Notes under the pieces: generated by a model
The model's database searches: none
The model's input: only the letters and a program-made list of their open reading frames with translations
What the model was told of the DNA's origin: nothing
From: Escherichia coli phage NG_A1
Sequence record: LC788705.1
DNA length: 64,000 nt
Direction: 5' to 3' (one strand)
Program-made: the position numbers and the translations under genes
In this document: piece after piece, positions 45,912 through 54,085 of the stretch
How the letters are laid out: each line of letters begins with the position of its first letter
Numbering within the stretch: position 1 is the first letter of the stretch

Positions 45912-46094
45912 ATGCCAGTATCTAAAAATATTCGTAAAAATGGTAAGAAAGCTACTCGTAATCTGGGTATCCGTCGTATGGCTGAACGTCAATCAGGTAT
46001 CCAGAAAATCTTTGATCTGTTAAATCGTGCTAATCCTAAAATTGATAACAGTAATGATACTGTTCTGCGCACTCTGCTGGCAATTGGTCTGTAA
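45912..46094 (+). CDS. Hypothetical small basic protein
   Basis: 60-aa ORF downstream of promoter with AAAGGAAAA RBS. Confidence 0.45.
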   Translation: MPVSKNIRKNGKKATRNLGIRRMAERQSGIQKIFDLLNRANPKIDNSNDTVLRTLLAIGL

Positions 46095-46147
46095 TAGATC
46101 AAATTTAAACAAATTCAAATCTCAAACTTCATATAAGGAAGCAAATA

Positions 46148-46786
46148 ATGACTACTCGTATTTCTAAAACTCGCGCTCTGGCAACTATCAAATCTCTGGA
46201 AGCTAAAATCCGTAAAGCTACTGAACAACAGCTTCTGATCGCTGTTGGTGAAGGTAAGGATAAAAATAAGGTTGTAGTTGGCGCTGCAATCGAAGTAGAC
46301 GATCTATCTGCTCGTATTAAGGCAGATTTCCAATCTCTCCTAGATATGATGTCCCAGCGTGATCGTATCAAAGCTGCTCTGATTAAGAGCAATGCGGAAA
46401 CAATCGTTGAGATTGGCTCTTGTAAGATGACTGTTGCGGAAGCAATTGAAGCTAAGCGTTCTATGGAGCTTAAAGCTCAGCTGCTGGCTAACATGCGTAA
46501 GCAGTTCCATGCCGCTACGGTTAAGTTTAATACGCAGAAAGCACAGTTTGATGCTAAATATGAGCGTTTGCAGGATAGCATGGCTACTCGCGATAAGAAA
46601 ACTTCCGAAGATGAAGTTAAAATGCAGCTCAACCTGCTGGAACTCAAGAATACTCCATTCTTGATTGATCCGCTGGAACTGGAGAAGCTGATTAAGCAGC
46701 ATGACGAGGAATACCAGGACTTTGCAACAAATGTTGACTTTGTTCTGTCCGAGTCTAACGCCTCTACCTTCATTGAAGTAGAGTAA
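46148..46786 (+). CDS. Hypothetical coiled-coil protein
   Basis: 212-aa ORF with GGAAG RBS. Confidence 0.5.
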   Translation: MTTRISKTRALATIKSLEAKIRKATEQQLLIAVGEGKDKNKVVVGAAIEVDDLSARIKADFQSLLDMMSQRDRIKAALIKSNAETIVEIGSCKMTVAEAIEAKRSMELKAQLLANMRKQFHAATVKFNTQKAQFDAKYERLQDSMATRDKKTSEDEVKMQLNLLELKNTPFLIDPLELEKLIKQHDEEYQDFATNVDFVLSESNASTFIEVE

Positions 46787-47169
46787 TAATTTAAAAGCTA
46801 GTAAATCGGTAGACGAAAGCCCAAGCATCTTACCTCGCAGCAGCGGTTGAAATACGAGGTTAAATAAGACCGCTGACCATACTATAAAGTATAATCTATT
46901 GGAGATTATGTTTATTACACCAGCCTTTTAAGCTGACACGTAAGAACAAAGCGTCGTTGATATTACCGACACAACTTCAAAGATCAACATTTAAGTATGA
47001 AAGCTGAAAAGTTTAAAGAACTCAAACTTCTAAACTTCTAAAGCTAAAAGATGCAAAGTATTCGTTGATGATTCAAACCCTAGATCAAAGGTACATGGCT
47101 CGTAAGATATGGCCTGTGGCGCCTCTAGGCTGTTTATCGGTTTACTAGTTTCACAATTTAAAAATGTAT

Positions 47170-47198
47170 TTGCTAATTTATTAAGTTTTCTGTATAAT
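47170..47198 (+). promoter_or_regulatory. Early promoter
   Basis: TTGCTA-N17-TATAAT. Confidence 0.65.
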
Positions 47199-47228
47199 AT
47201 ATTTTTAAATTGATGAAACGAGGCTATT

Positions 47229-47546
47229 ATGACTTTTCATATTTTGATTGATGATGTGCGTAATCTTCATGGAATGGACATTATCATTCGAACCCCAGAA
47301 GCCGCTGTCGAGTTTCTGAATAAAACTGATACCACAGGCCACTTTGTTTATATGGATAATGACTTGGCTGTAGATGGTATGGAAGGTTATCAAATTCTTC
47401 GTTTACTCTTAGAATTTGGGCAGAGACCAAAGAAAGTGGTACTAGTAACCTCGAATCCCGTAGCTAAGCAAACTATGCGTAATGATTTGCTTGACTTAGG
47501 GTATAAAGAAAATCCCAATCGTGTCGAATATGATTGGCAGGAGTAA
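47229..47546 (+). CDS. Hypothetical protein
   Basis: 105-aa ORF. Confidence 0.5.
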   Translation: MTFHILIDDVRNLHGMDIIIRTPEAAVEFLNKTDTTGHFVYMDNDLAVDGMEGYQILRLLLEFGQRPKKVVLVTSNPVAKQTMRNDLLDLGYKENPNRVEYDWQE

Positions 47547-47551
47547 AAAGA

Positions 47552-48001
47552 ATGAAGACAGCTTTGCTTTTAGTAGCTGCCCTTACCTTCAGCTTTAGTA
47601 GTCAGGCATCGCACGATGCAAAAGAAATAGATTGCATTGCTAAAAATATCTATTTCGAAAGTCGTGGTGAGGGCATAAAGGGAATGACGGCGATTGCACA
47701 TGTTACTAAAAACCGTGTAAACTCCGGTAAATTCCCAGATTCCTACTGTAAAGTAGTATATCAGTCTAACCAGTTCTCTTGGGTATCTAAGAGACCAAAA
47801 GTTGATAAAACTGATGAGGCTTGGCAAACCGCCAAGAATTTAGCTAGAGTGATATACTACGTTGATTTACCACAAGATCCTACACATGGAGCTTTATACT
47901 TCCATAGTGGTAAAGATAAACCATACTGGACAAAGAAGTTTAAGAAAACAACTAAGATTAAGGGACATACATTTTATAAGCCTGTTGTCACTAAAACTTA
48001 A
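47552..48001 (+). CDS. Secreted cell-wall hydrolase, SleB/CwlJ-like
   Basis: Signal peptide (MKTALLLVAALTFSFSSQA), Hydrolase_2-like core (NIYFESRGEG...TKNRV...FHS); AGGAG RBS. Confidence 0.65.
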   Translation: MKTALLLVAALTFSFSSQASHDAKEIDCIAKNIYFESRGEGIKGMTAIAHVTKNRVNSGKFPDSYCKVVYQSNQFSWVSKRPKVDKTDEAWQTAKNLARVIYYVDLPQDPTHGALYFHSGKDKPYWTKKFKKTTKIKGHTFYKPVVTKT

Positions 48002-48009
48002 AAATTTAT

Positions 48010-48038
48010 TTGCTTAAATACTTAAACTTCTGTATAAT
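48010..48038 (+). promoter_or_regulatory. Early promoter
   Basis: TTGCTT-N17-TATAAT. Confidence 0.65.
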
Positions 48039-48069
48039 ACTTTCATAAATTAATGAGGGGAAGCGAAAT

Positions 48070-48240
48070 ATGAAATCAGTTGTAATTATTGGTGTTAATA
48101 CTCGCGGTATTCGTACTACGAAAACTGTTAAAACTTCCAACGTTGCTGAGATCACTACGAACCCTAAAAAGTTTGATTTCGCCAAAGTCTCAGCAGTTAT
48201 GACAGAACAATCTTTTAACCAAGCGTTAGGAATGAAATAA
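48070..48240 (+). CDS. Hypothetical small protein (56 aa)
   Basis: Below ORF-track cut-off; GAGGGG RBS; stop overlaps next ATG (TAATG). Confidence 0.4.
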   Translation: MKSVVIIGVNTRGIRTTKTVKTSNVAEITTNPKKFDFAKVSAVMTEQSFNQALGMK

Positions 48241-48683
48241 TGGAAGAGGATATTTTAGATGTTTTGCGTAGAGCTTTGCAGGATTCTAAGTTTAATGGTT
48301 CTGATAAAGAAGTCGCTAAAAGCTATCAGACCATAATCGGGGATCTTCAGCGTATTAATAAAGATTTCATCACTTCTGAACAATTTGTGTCTTATCTCAA
48401 AGCTCAACTAAAAAGCATTAACCAGATGAAAGCTAAACTTCATGGTCAAGATCTTGATAGTTATAGCTTGCAGTCCGCTCAGTATGAATACATTCTAAAT
48501 AAGTGGTTGCAGGAGTATCTGCCCTCTCAGTTATCTGATACTGAGATTCGTAAATACTTTGCAGAATTAGTTAAGCTAAACCCTGGAATTACAAAAGGTA
48601 TGCTGATGAAAGCGATCAAGGAAGAATTTCCTGGGCGTTATGATGGTGGTACTGCTGCTCAGATTGCTGGCGAATTTAATTAA
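48240..48683 (+). CDS. Hypothetical protein
   Basis: 147-aa ORF. Confidence 0.5.
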   Translation: MEEDILDVLRRALQDSKFNGSDKEVAKSYQTIIGDLQRINKDFITSEQFVSYLKAQLKSINQMKAKLHGQDLDSYSLQSAQYEYILNKWLQEYLPSQLSDTEIRKYFAELVKLNPGITKGMLMKAIKEEFPGRYDGGTAAQIAGEFN

Positions 48684-48691
48684 AAATTTAT

Positions 48692-48720
48692 TTGCTAAAT
48701 GCTTATAAATTCTGTATAAT
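48692..48720 (+). promoter_or_regulatory. Early promoter heading the tRNA/structured-RNA island
   Basis: TTGCTA-N17-TATAAT; no ORF for about 1 kb downstream. Confidence 0.65.
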
Positions 48721-49732
48721 ATATTCATAAATTAGAGAACAGCGAGCCGATTACGCTGAACTTGTCTTAATGTAAGATGCGTCGAGCACTAAGATTCGTT
48801 GAATAGAGTCGGTGGGTTAGTTGTAAAACTAGTACACAGGGGGCGGCAATCCCGGTTAGTGGCTAGAACGTGTAAAATGAGGCGTCTGAAACCTCTCCCC
48901 TAAACTCTTCTCTAATTTATAAATAGTGGGGTGTGGAAATCACTTATGTAGTAACACTGCCGTCCTAGTATAATTGGTATTATCAAGCCGTAACTGGTGG
49001 AAGATGTAGGTTCGAATCCTACGGTCGGTAAGAACTGGATAACTGATGCTTTTAATGTAAAAGCTTCCGAGGTTAGTTGCGCACTGCCTAAACCACGCGG
49101 TAGTTGGTTCCAGACTAACCAACCAGTCTGCTGAATAGTTTTATTACGATTTAACTATGTCCAGGCTAAAGAAGAACTTTAGAAGGTATTCTAGGATAGT
49201 GAAGTTCTTTCTCCATATCGGAGTAGTTTTTCAAGCTATCCACAAAGTGGGAAATGCTGACATGAGAGATGTCACTAATGGTGCACAATAGCACAGGTAA
49301 TTCGCGATAACTCCTGTTGAGTAGCAGCAAAAGGTGGGAAGTCATGACCCCAAGCCTAACCGAGTCCTCAATATACCGCAGGACATAACTACTAAGTCAC
49401 CCTGACTTAAACTGGAAAATAATAGACGTTACTGTATTTTGTCTTGAAATACTTAATGAGTGAGACTTATGACTCTCCCGGTATCGTCTGTATTTTTAAG
49501 AGTTTTTACGAGAGTTCTTAAAAATACTTAAACGGGGTGTAGTCTAAGGGAGAGGCAGGAGTCTTCTAAATTCCTTTATGCAGGTTCGAATCCCTTGTCA
49601 CGCACCAAATTTGATGGTCAGAGTAAATTAAACCTACTATCTCGGTTGAGCTGTTTTAATGGGTTCGAATCCCAGCGAGGCGTAACTGCCTGGTGTGATA
49701 GAGGCATCATTCCACTAACATTGGAAAAACTA

Positions 49733-49963
49733 ATGAAACGAAAATTAAAAAAGTCTTATATAATTAAGATAAATAAGCTACGAAGTAGGGCAAAAGGATG
49801 GCCACTTCGAATATTAATTGCGGATAACCATACTAGATACCATGCGGAACAACGTCATTACAAACAGTGGGAGTCATACTGCCGCTCAAAAGCAGGTCGT
49901 TTAGATGGATCTTATGAGTTTCTATTTGGTAAAAAGCCTACTAGAGTAGCTTTAGGTAATTAA
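49733..49963 (+). CDS. Hypothetical small basic protein inside tRNA island
   Basis: 76 aa from internal ATG of the 49595 ORF; weak RBS; the upstream part of that ORF overlaps tRNA-like motifs. Confidence 0.3.
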   Translation: MKRKLKKSYIIKINKLRSRAKGWPLRILIADNHTRYHAEQRHYKQWESYCRSKAGRLDGSYEFLFGKKPTRVALGN

Positions 49964-49968
49964 TACTT

Positions 49969-50059
49969 GGAAGAGCAAATCGAATTGGCGACGAAAACCG
50001 CTTGGAAAGTGGCTGACTGGTAAAACGGCTTGAGAGTTCAAATCTCTCCTCTTCCGCCA
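49969..50059 (+). tRNA. tRNA-Ser(GGA)-like, type II, CCA encoded
   Basis: 7-bp acceptor GGAAGAG/CTCTTCC, T-arm GAGAG-TTCAAAT-CTCTC, discriminator G + CCA, anticodon loop TTGGAAA; D-arm atypical (4-nt linker). Confidence 0.5.
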
Positions 50060-50071
50060 AACAATTTATAT

Positions 50072-50166
50072 GGTAGGTCAATCCAACGGCTGGCGCTGGA
50101 CTCCGACTTGAAATCGGTTGATCGTAGTGATACGGTGTAAGGGTTCGATCCCCTTACCTACCTCCA
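50072..50166 (+). tRNA. tRNA-Ser(TGA), type II, CCA encoded
   Basis: Acceptor GGTAGGT/ACCTACC, anticodon stem-loop CCGA-CTTGAAA-TCGG, variable arm CGTA-GTGA-TACG, T-arm AAGGG-TTCGATC-CCCTT. Confidence 0.6.
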
Positions 50167-50171
50167 AATCT

Positions 50172-50302
50172 TGGAATATGCCGGAATTGGTAGACGGGAC
50201 TGCCGAATAGGTTTACTAGGAACATCCACTCCTAGAAATATACCTTAAAAGCGGTTGAGTTAAATGGTCTAACTCATGAAGGTTCAAGCCCTTCTATTCC
50301 TT
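50172..50302 (+). ncRNA. Oversized tRNA-like element (131 nt) with Leu-type D-arm and canonical T-arm
   Basis: 5' TGGAATA-TG-CCG-GAATTGGTAGA-CGG; 3' GAAGG-TTCAAGC-CCTTC + TATTCCT pairing the 5' end; internal arms do not fit a cloverleaf. Confidence 0.4.
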
Positions 50303-50531
50303 GATACATCAATGGCTCAAAGTGTAACGGTGCTATTTGATGCTCTTGGAAAGACTTTCCCGACATGCGTTCGGGGGTAAGCTTCTGAGGCTAGAATAGA
50401 AGAGTTTCTGAGAGCCGCCACAATTGAAAATTCGTACTCGTCTTGAGCTGCATGCAATAGGAGATAACTTGATTAGTATTCTAGAACATGCTAATTGAGG
50501 ATGGTTTCGCTAACCCTGCGAGTTTTCAATT

Positions 50532-50605
50532 GTGGCTATATCATAATTGGTTAATGATCCTGATTGTGAATCAGGCCTATGTGGATTCGAATTCCACTAG
50601 CCACC
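50532..50605 (+). tRNA. tRNA-His(GTG)
   Basis: Acceptor GTGGCTA/TAGCCAC, D-arm TCAT-AATTGGTTA-ATGA, anticodon arm CCTGA-TTGTGAA-TCAGG, T-arm GTGGA-TTCGAAT-TCCAC. Confidence 0.85.
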
Positions 50606-50634
50606 CCCAAATTAACTTAAATAGGAAATAAAAT

Positions 50635-50829
50635 ATGGCTGATTTCTGCAAACAATGCTCCATTGATATGTGGGGCAGAGATACTGGTGATCTTTCTGGG
50701 CTGATTACAGAAGCCGAAGTCAAAGAAGGTTATGGTGCAGTTGTGGTTTGTGAAGGATGCGGAGTCATTCGAGTAGATCATGAGGGTAAGCGCCTTGAAG
50801 AACCTGAGCCAGTTACCCTATTTCCCTAA
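50635..50829 (+). CDS. Small zinc-ribbon protein
   Basis: 64 aa with CxxC...CxxC (CKQC...CEGC); AGGAAATAAAAT RBS. Confidence 0.45.
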   Translation: MADFCKQCSIDMWGRDTGDLSGLITEAEVKEGYGAVVVCEGCGVIRVDHEGKRLEEPEPVTLFP

Positions 50830-50842
50830 AGTAAAGAATTAT

Positions 50843-50918
50843 TGGGATGTAGATCAATTGGCAGATCGTCGGCCTCTGACTCCGAAGGTTCCACGTTCGA
50901 TCCGTGGCATCCCAGCCA
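50843..50918 (+). tRNA. tRNA-Gln(CTG), CCA encoded
   Basis: U1-A72 acceptor TGGGATG/CATCCCA, D-arm GATC-AATTGGCA-GATC, anticodon loop CTCTGAC, T-arm CCACG-TTCGATC-CGTGG. Confidence 0.75.
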
Positions 50919-50924
50919 AATACT

Positions 50925-51000
50925 TGGAGAGTAGTGTAACGGTTAGCACAACGGCCTTTGACTCCGTTAATGGTAGGTTCGATTCCTCCTTCTCCAGCCA
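50925..51000 (+). tRNA. tRNA-Gln(TTG), CCA encoded
   Basis: Acceptor TGGAGAG/TTCTCCA, anticodon loop CTTTGAC; near-duplicate architecture of the preceding tRNA-Gln. Confidence 0.7.
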
Positions 51001-51007
51001 AATTAAT

Positions 51008-51082
51008 GCGTGATTAGTTCAGTGGCTAGAATAACTGGCTTCCAACCAGTAGACACGAGTTCGACTCTCGTATCCCGCACCA
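51008..51082 (+). tRNA. tRNA-Gly(TCC), CCA encoded
   Basis: Anticodon arm ACTGG-CTTCCAA-CCAGT, T-arm ACGAG-TTCGACT-CTCGT, acceptor with one mismatch. Confidence 0.8.
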
Positions 51083-51096
51083 AATAAGGAAACACT

Positions 51097-51348
51097 ATGC
51101 ACGTTTTTGAGTTTCGTAATAAAAGTACTGATAAGCGAGTTATCATTATTGGAGAAACATATCGAGCATATGAACAAACTGATGGCTCTGTTATCTTGAA
51201 TGATGAGAAAGGAGGTTTTAGCTTTTATCCAGAAGAACCTTATGAAGAGTTTCGAAAACAATTTAACCTAGACTGGAGAAAGCATTTAAACACTGTTGCT
51301 TCATCTGTAGTATTGCCAACTACCAGTACTGTACTCTCTAATGGCTGA
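51097..51348 (+). CDS. Hypothetical small protein
   Basis: 83-aa ORF with AAGGAAAC RBS directly after the tRNA-Gly gene. Confidence 0.45.
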   Translation: MHVFEFRNKSTDKRVIIIGETYRAYEQTDGSVILNDEKGGFSFYPEEPYEEFRKQFNLDWRKHLNTVASSVVLPTTSTVLSNG

Positions 51349-51505
51349 CAACCTAAAAGTAAAGATTGATAAACAAAAGAAACGTGTAGAAGTAGAGATT
51401 GGTGAAGAACGTGTTGCCTTTACTTTTGAATTTCTACAGCAAATGGCAATGGCAGTTATGACTGATAAGTCTCCTGTTATTGAAAAAGAAATCCCGTTGA
51501 AATAA
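51341..51505 (+). CDS. Hypothetical small protein (54 aa)
   Basis: Translationally coupled ATG overlapping upstream stop; below ORF-track cut-off. Confidence 0.35.
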   Translation: MADNLKVKIDKQKKRVEVEIGEERVAFTFEFLQQMAMAVMTDKSPVIEKEIPLK

Positions 51506-51515
51506 CGGGATCATC

Positions 51516-51590
51516 GCTCCTAAAGCATTGCTGGCGATGCAGTTGCCTTGTAAGCATCTGAACCGGGTTCGATTCCTGGTGGGAGCACCA
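51516..51590 (+). tRNA. tRNA-Thr(TGT), CCA encoded
   Basis: Acceptor GCTCCTA/TGGGAGC, D-arm GCAT-TGCTGGCG-ATGC, anticodon loop CTTGTAA, T-arm CCGGG-TTCGATT-CCTGG. Confidence 0.65.
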
Positions 51591-51605
51591 AATTTAAAAA
51601 TTCAT

Positions 51606-51634
51606 TTGCCTTCTCTCTTATTTATTGTTATAAT
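51606..51634 (+). promoter_or_regulatory. Early promoter
   Basis: TTGCCT-N17-TATAAT. Confidence 0.6.
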
Positions 51635-51664
51635 ATTTATATAAATTAATGAGAGGGAAACCAA

Positions 51665-51955
51665 ATGAAACGTTATCTTTCTATTGTATTCCAAACTGGT
51701 GGTCAAAGATATACCTATGAATTTCCATCTTCTTGGAAAATCAAAGAAGGTGATCAAGTAGTAGTGTTAACACCGCGTGAAGGGTATAAAGTAGTAATGG
51801 TTAAACAAGTATTCCCAAAAGATCATGAACCAGCTAAAGGCATTCGCTATAAGATGATTCATGGTGTGGTCCGTCAAGTACCACGAACTGAGGTAGAAGT
51901 AGATAAGACTGGAGAAACTAAATTCCATTATACTTCTTACTTAGATAGTGTGTGA
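51665..51955 (+). CDS. Hypothetical protein
   Basis: 96-aa ORF with GAGAGGGAAA RBS. Confidence 0.5.
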   Translation: MKRYLSIVFQTGGQRYTYEFPSSWKIKEGDQVVVLTPREGYKVVMVKQVFPKDHEPAKGIRYKMIHGVVRQVPRTEVEVDKTGETKFHYTSYLDSV

Positions 51956-51970
51956 TGTAAATATTCTAAT

Positions 51971-52047
51971 ACTTCGGTAGCTTAGCGATCTAAAGCACCC
52001 GGCTGATAACCGAGAGATCGGGGGTTTAAATCCCTCCCGGAGTACCA
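51971..52047 (+). tRNA. tRNA-Ile(GAT), CCA encoded
   Basis: Acceptor ACTTCGG/CCGGAGT, anticodon loop CTGATAA, atypical T-loop TTTAAAT. Confidence 0.55.
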
Positions 52048-52143
52048 AATTTAGGAATTAAGACTATGCGTCCAGGAAAGTTTAAAAAAGCTAATTGGTC
52101 TAAAGAGTATAAAGAATACTTACTTAGTCTAGTAAAACATAAC

Positions 52144-52219
52144 AGTTAGTTGGCAGAGTGGTTATGCACCTCCTTCATACGGAGCGACTACAGTGGTTCA
52201 AATCCACTACTAACTACCA
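52144..52219 (+). tRNA. tRNA-Met(CAT), CCA encoded (initiator/elongator/Ile2 not resolved)
   Basis: Acceptor AGTTAGT/ACTAACT, D-arm GCA-GAGTGGTTA-TGC, anticodon loop TTCATAC, T-arm AGTGG-TTCAAAT-CCACT. Confidence 0.75.
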
Positions 52220-52256
52220 TTAAAAGAGCTAGAGATAGCTAAATTTAGGAGCAGCT

Positions 52257-52451
52257 ATGTTAACAATTAAAATAATGTCAGCCAAGAATGGTGAACATAT
52301 CCATACAGGCAAAAGTGTAAGCTTTAATCCTAGAAATAAAAGATTGGCTATAGTTGGAGTAGACCAAGCCATCTTTTTAAAAGAAGATGAAGTAGCATAT
52401 GTCATGAACCAAACTGGTAAGACAGTTTCCGTATACTATGGAAAAGTATAA
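52257..52451 (+). CDS. Hypothetical small protein
   Basis: 64-aa ORF with TAGGAG RBS. Confidence 0.45.
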   Translation: MLTIKIMSAKNGEHIHTGKSVSFNPRNKRLAIVGVDQAIFLKEDEVAYVMNQTGKTVSVYYGKV

Positions 52452-52493
52452 AGAATAAATAGCTGAGCCAAATTCTAACATCGGGGAGATCTA

Positions 52494-52862
52494 ATGAAAG
52501 CATATCAAAGTCTTAAATCTGGCGTAATTAACCTTGTTCATGAAAATCAGATTATTCAGCTATACTCCGACAACGGTGAACTTAAACAGAAAGTTCTAGT
52601 TGAAGATCTAGAAGGTATCACACCACAATTCGATCCCGAAGCCTTCCGTGAAGTCAAAGTGGAAGTCGCCCCTCAAATCGAAGGTGGTCAGCACCTAAAT
52701 GTCAATGTGTTAAGCCGTGATCAGCTTTTGGATGTGCAGAAACATCCTGAAAAATATCCTCAGTTGACCATCCGTGTCTCTGGCTACGCTGTTCGATTTA
52801 ACGCACTGACTCGTGAACAACAGAACGACGTTATTAGTCGTACATTTACTCAGGCGATGTAA
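52494..52862 (+). CDS. Hypothetical protein
   Basis: 122-aa ORF with GGGGAG RBS. Confidence 0.5.
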   Translation: MKAYQSLKSGVINLVHENQIIQLYSDNGELKQKVLVEDLEGITPQFDPEAFREVKVEVAPQIEGGQHLNVNVLSRDQLLDVQKHPEKYPQLTIRVSGYAVRFNALTREQQNDVISRTFTQAM

Positions 52863-52943
52863 TGGGGTTTGGATACGATTTCTCCCAGCTACGCAAGGTA
52901 GTCGAGCAAACTCCGTTTATCTCCCAAGTTTTAGGAGAAATGG

Positions 52944-53258
52944 GTGGATCGAGCATTAAGACGCCATCACCGGCAACGTGTGAAGAACAACCGCAAGAAG
53001 TATTGGACAGTCTTTCCACATGAAGAAAGCCCTAAGCGGTTAGGTATTATCACTACTACTCCTTGCATCTGTTCTTGCTGGATGTGTGGGAACCCTCGCA
53101 AATATTATAAGAATAGTAAAGCAGGTATGAAAACCTCGGAGATTAGGAAAATGGAAGCAATGATTACGGATATTTCAAATGATGAATTTGATGGCTTTGT
53201 AGGATTCGGAGAAGGAATTAGCTCAGGCTGTTTCGAAGATGTACGCCCCGATTTGTAA
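52944..53258 (+). CDS. Basic Cys-rich small protein
   Basis: GTG start 6 nt after AGGAG; Arg/Lys-rich N-terminus and CICSCWMC cluster. Confidence 0.4.
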   Translation: MDRALRRHHRQRVKNNRKKYWTVFPHEESPKRLGIITTTPCICSCWMCGNPRKYYKNSKAGMKTSEIRKMEAMITDISNDEFDGFVGFGEGISSGCFEDVRPDL

Positions 53259-53267
53259 TTAATAACA

Positions 53268-53304
53268 AACCCCAGCTATTGAATAGGTAGTCTGGGGTTT
53301 TTCT
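53268..53304 (+). terminator. Rho-independent terminator
   Basis: AAACCCCAG...CTGGGGTTT stem followed by T-run. Confidence 0.7.
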
Positions 53305-53379
53305 GTATACAGGTAGATAATTTATGTATAATAAAATTCATCCACATTAGGTTAATTTAAAAAACTTAATGGAGGTAAT

Positions 53380-53727
53380 ATGAGCCGTACTTATCGTAAA
53401 CAATCTGGTGATCAGTGGTGGAAGTCTAAAGAACAATTCTCTCAAGAATATTCTTTCATCAAAGAAAATGGATACTGGATTCGTGTTATTTATGCCAAAT
53501 CTTGGGACGACATCAAAAAAGAAATGAAGGAAGCAACCATTCGTAATGAGAAAAAGGATGGTTATAACTGGAATTCTATTAGCAAGAATGTTAAGTGGCA
53601 TTCTAATAAAATGGTTCGTCAAGGAAATCGTCAAGAACTCCACCGCGTGATGAAAGATCCAGAAAATTACGACTATAATCGCGATCATGACATGCGTAAG
53701 CGTGGATTATGGTGGTGCTATGACTAA
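53380..53727 (+). CDS. Hypothetical protein
   Basis: 115-aa ORF with GGAGG RBS. Confidence 0.5.
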   Translation: MSRTYRKQSGDQWWKSKEQFSQEYSFIKENGYWIRVIYAKSWDDIKKEMKEATIRNEKKDGYNWNSISKNVKWHSNKMVRQGNRQELHRVMKDPENYDYNRDHDMRKRGLWWCYD

Positions 53728-53744
53728 TTTCTGAAATAATTCAT

Positions 53745-53773
53745 TTGCTAAACCTCTCTTTTCTTGTTATAAT
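53745..53773 (+). promoter_or_regulatory. Early promoter
   Basis: TTGCTA-N17-TATAAT. Confidence 0.65.
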
Positions 53774-53803
53774 ATTTATATAAATTGATGAGAGAGGTTT
53801 GAA

Positions 53804-54085
53804 ATGAAAACTCGTCTAGACTGTGCTATTCACGTTGTCGAGCATAGTGTTGTTGGAACCTGTATGTCTTACCATGAAGCAGGTCGTTTAATTAAAGAAC
53901 GTGTGGCAGATGTGTGTGGATTGAAGATTACTGCTGAGGAATCTGATGATCTTTTAGGTCAAGCACTGGAGAAAACCGAAATGTTCCTCTGCGATTCTTG
54001 TTCTTGGTGGTGTGAAGCTCACGAACGTTCTTTCAATGATTATGATGTATGTCGTGATTGTAGTGGGGAGGATGAAGATGAATAA
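53804..54085 (+). CDS. Small Cys-rich zinc-ribbon protein with acidic C-terminus
   Basis: CDSCSWWC...CRDC cluster and C-terminal GEDEDE. Confidence 0.5.
   Translation: MKTRLDCAIHVVEHSVVGTCMSYHEAGRLIKERVADVCGLKITAEESDDLLGQALEKTEMFLCDSCSWWCEAHERSFNDYDVCRDCSGEDEDE

Noticed and set aside
49595-49732. 5' part of the 122-aa TTG-start ORF 49595-49963
   Set aside because: It runs through tRNA-like T-arm motifs and has no RBS; only the internal ATG at 49733 was kept, at low confidence.
50780-51013. ORFs 50780-51013 (+) and 50813-51001 (-)
   Set aside because: They fall on the tRNA-Gln/tRNA-Gln/tRNA-Gly cluster and are incompatible with the cloverleaf calls.
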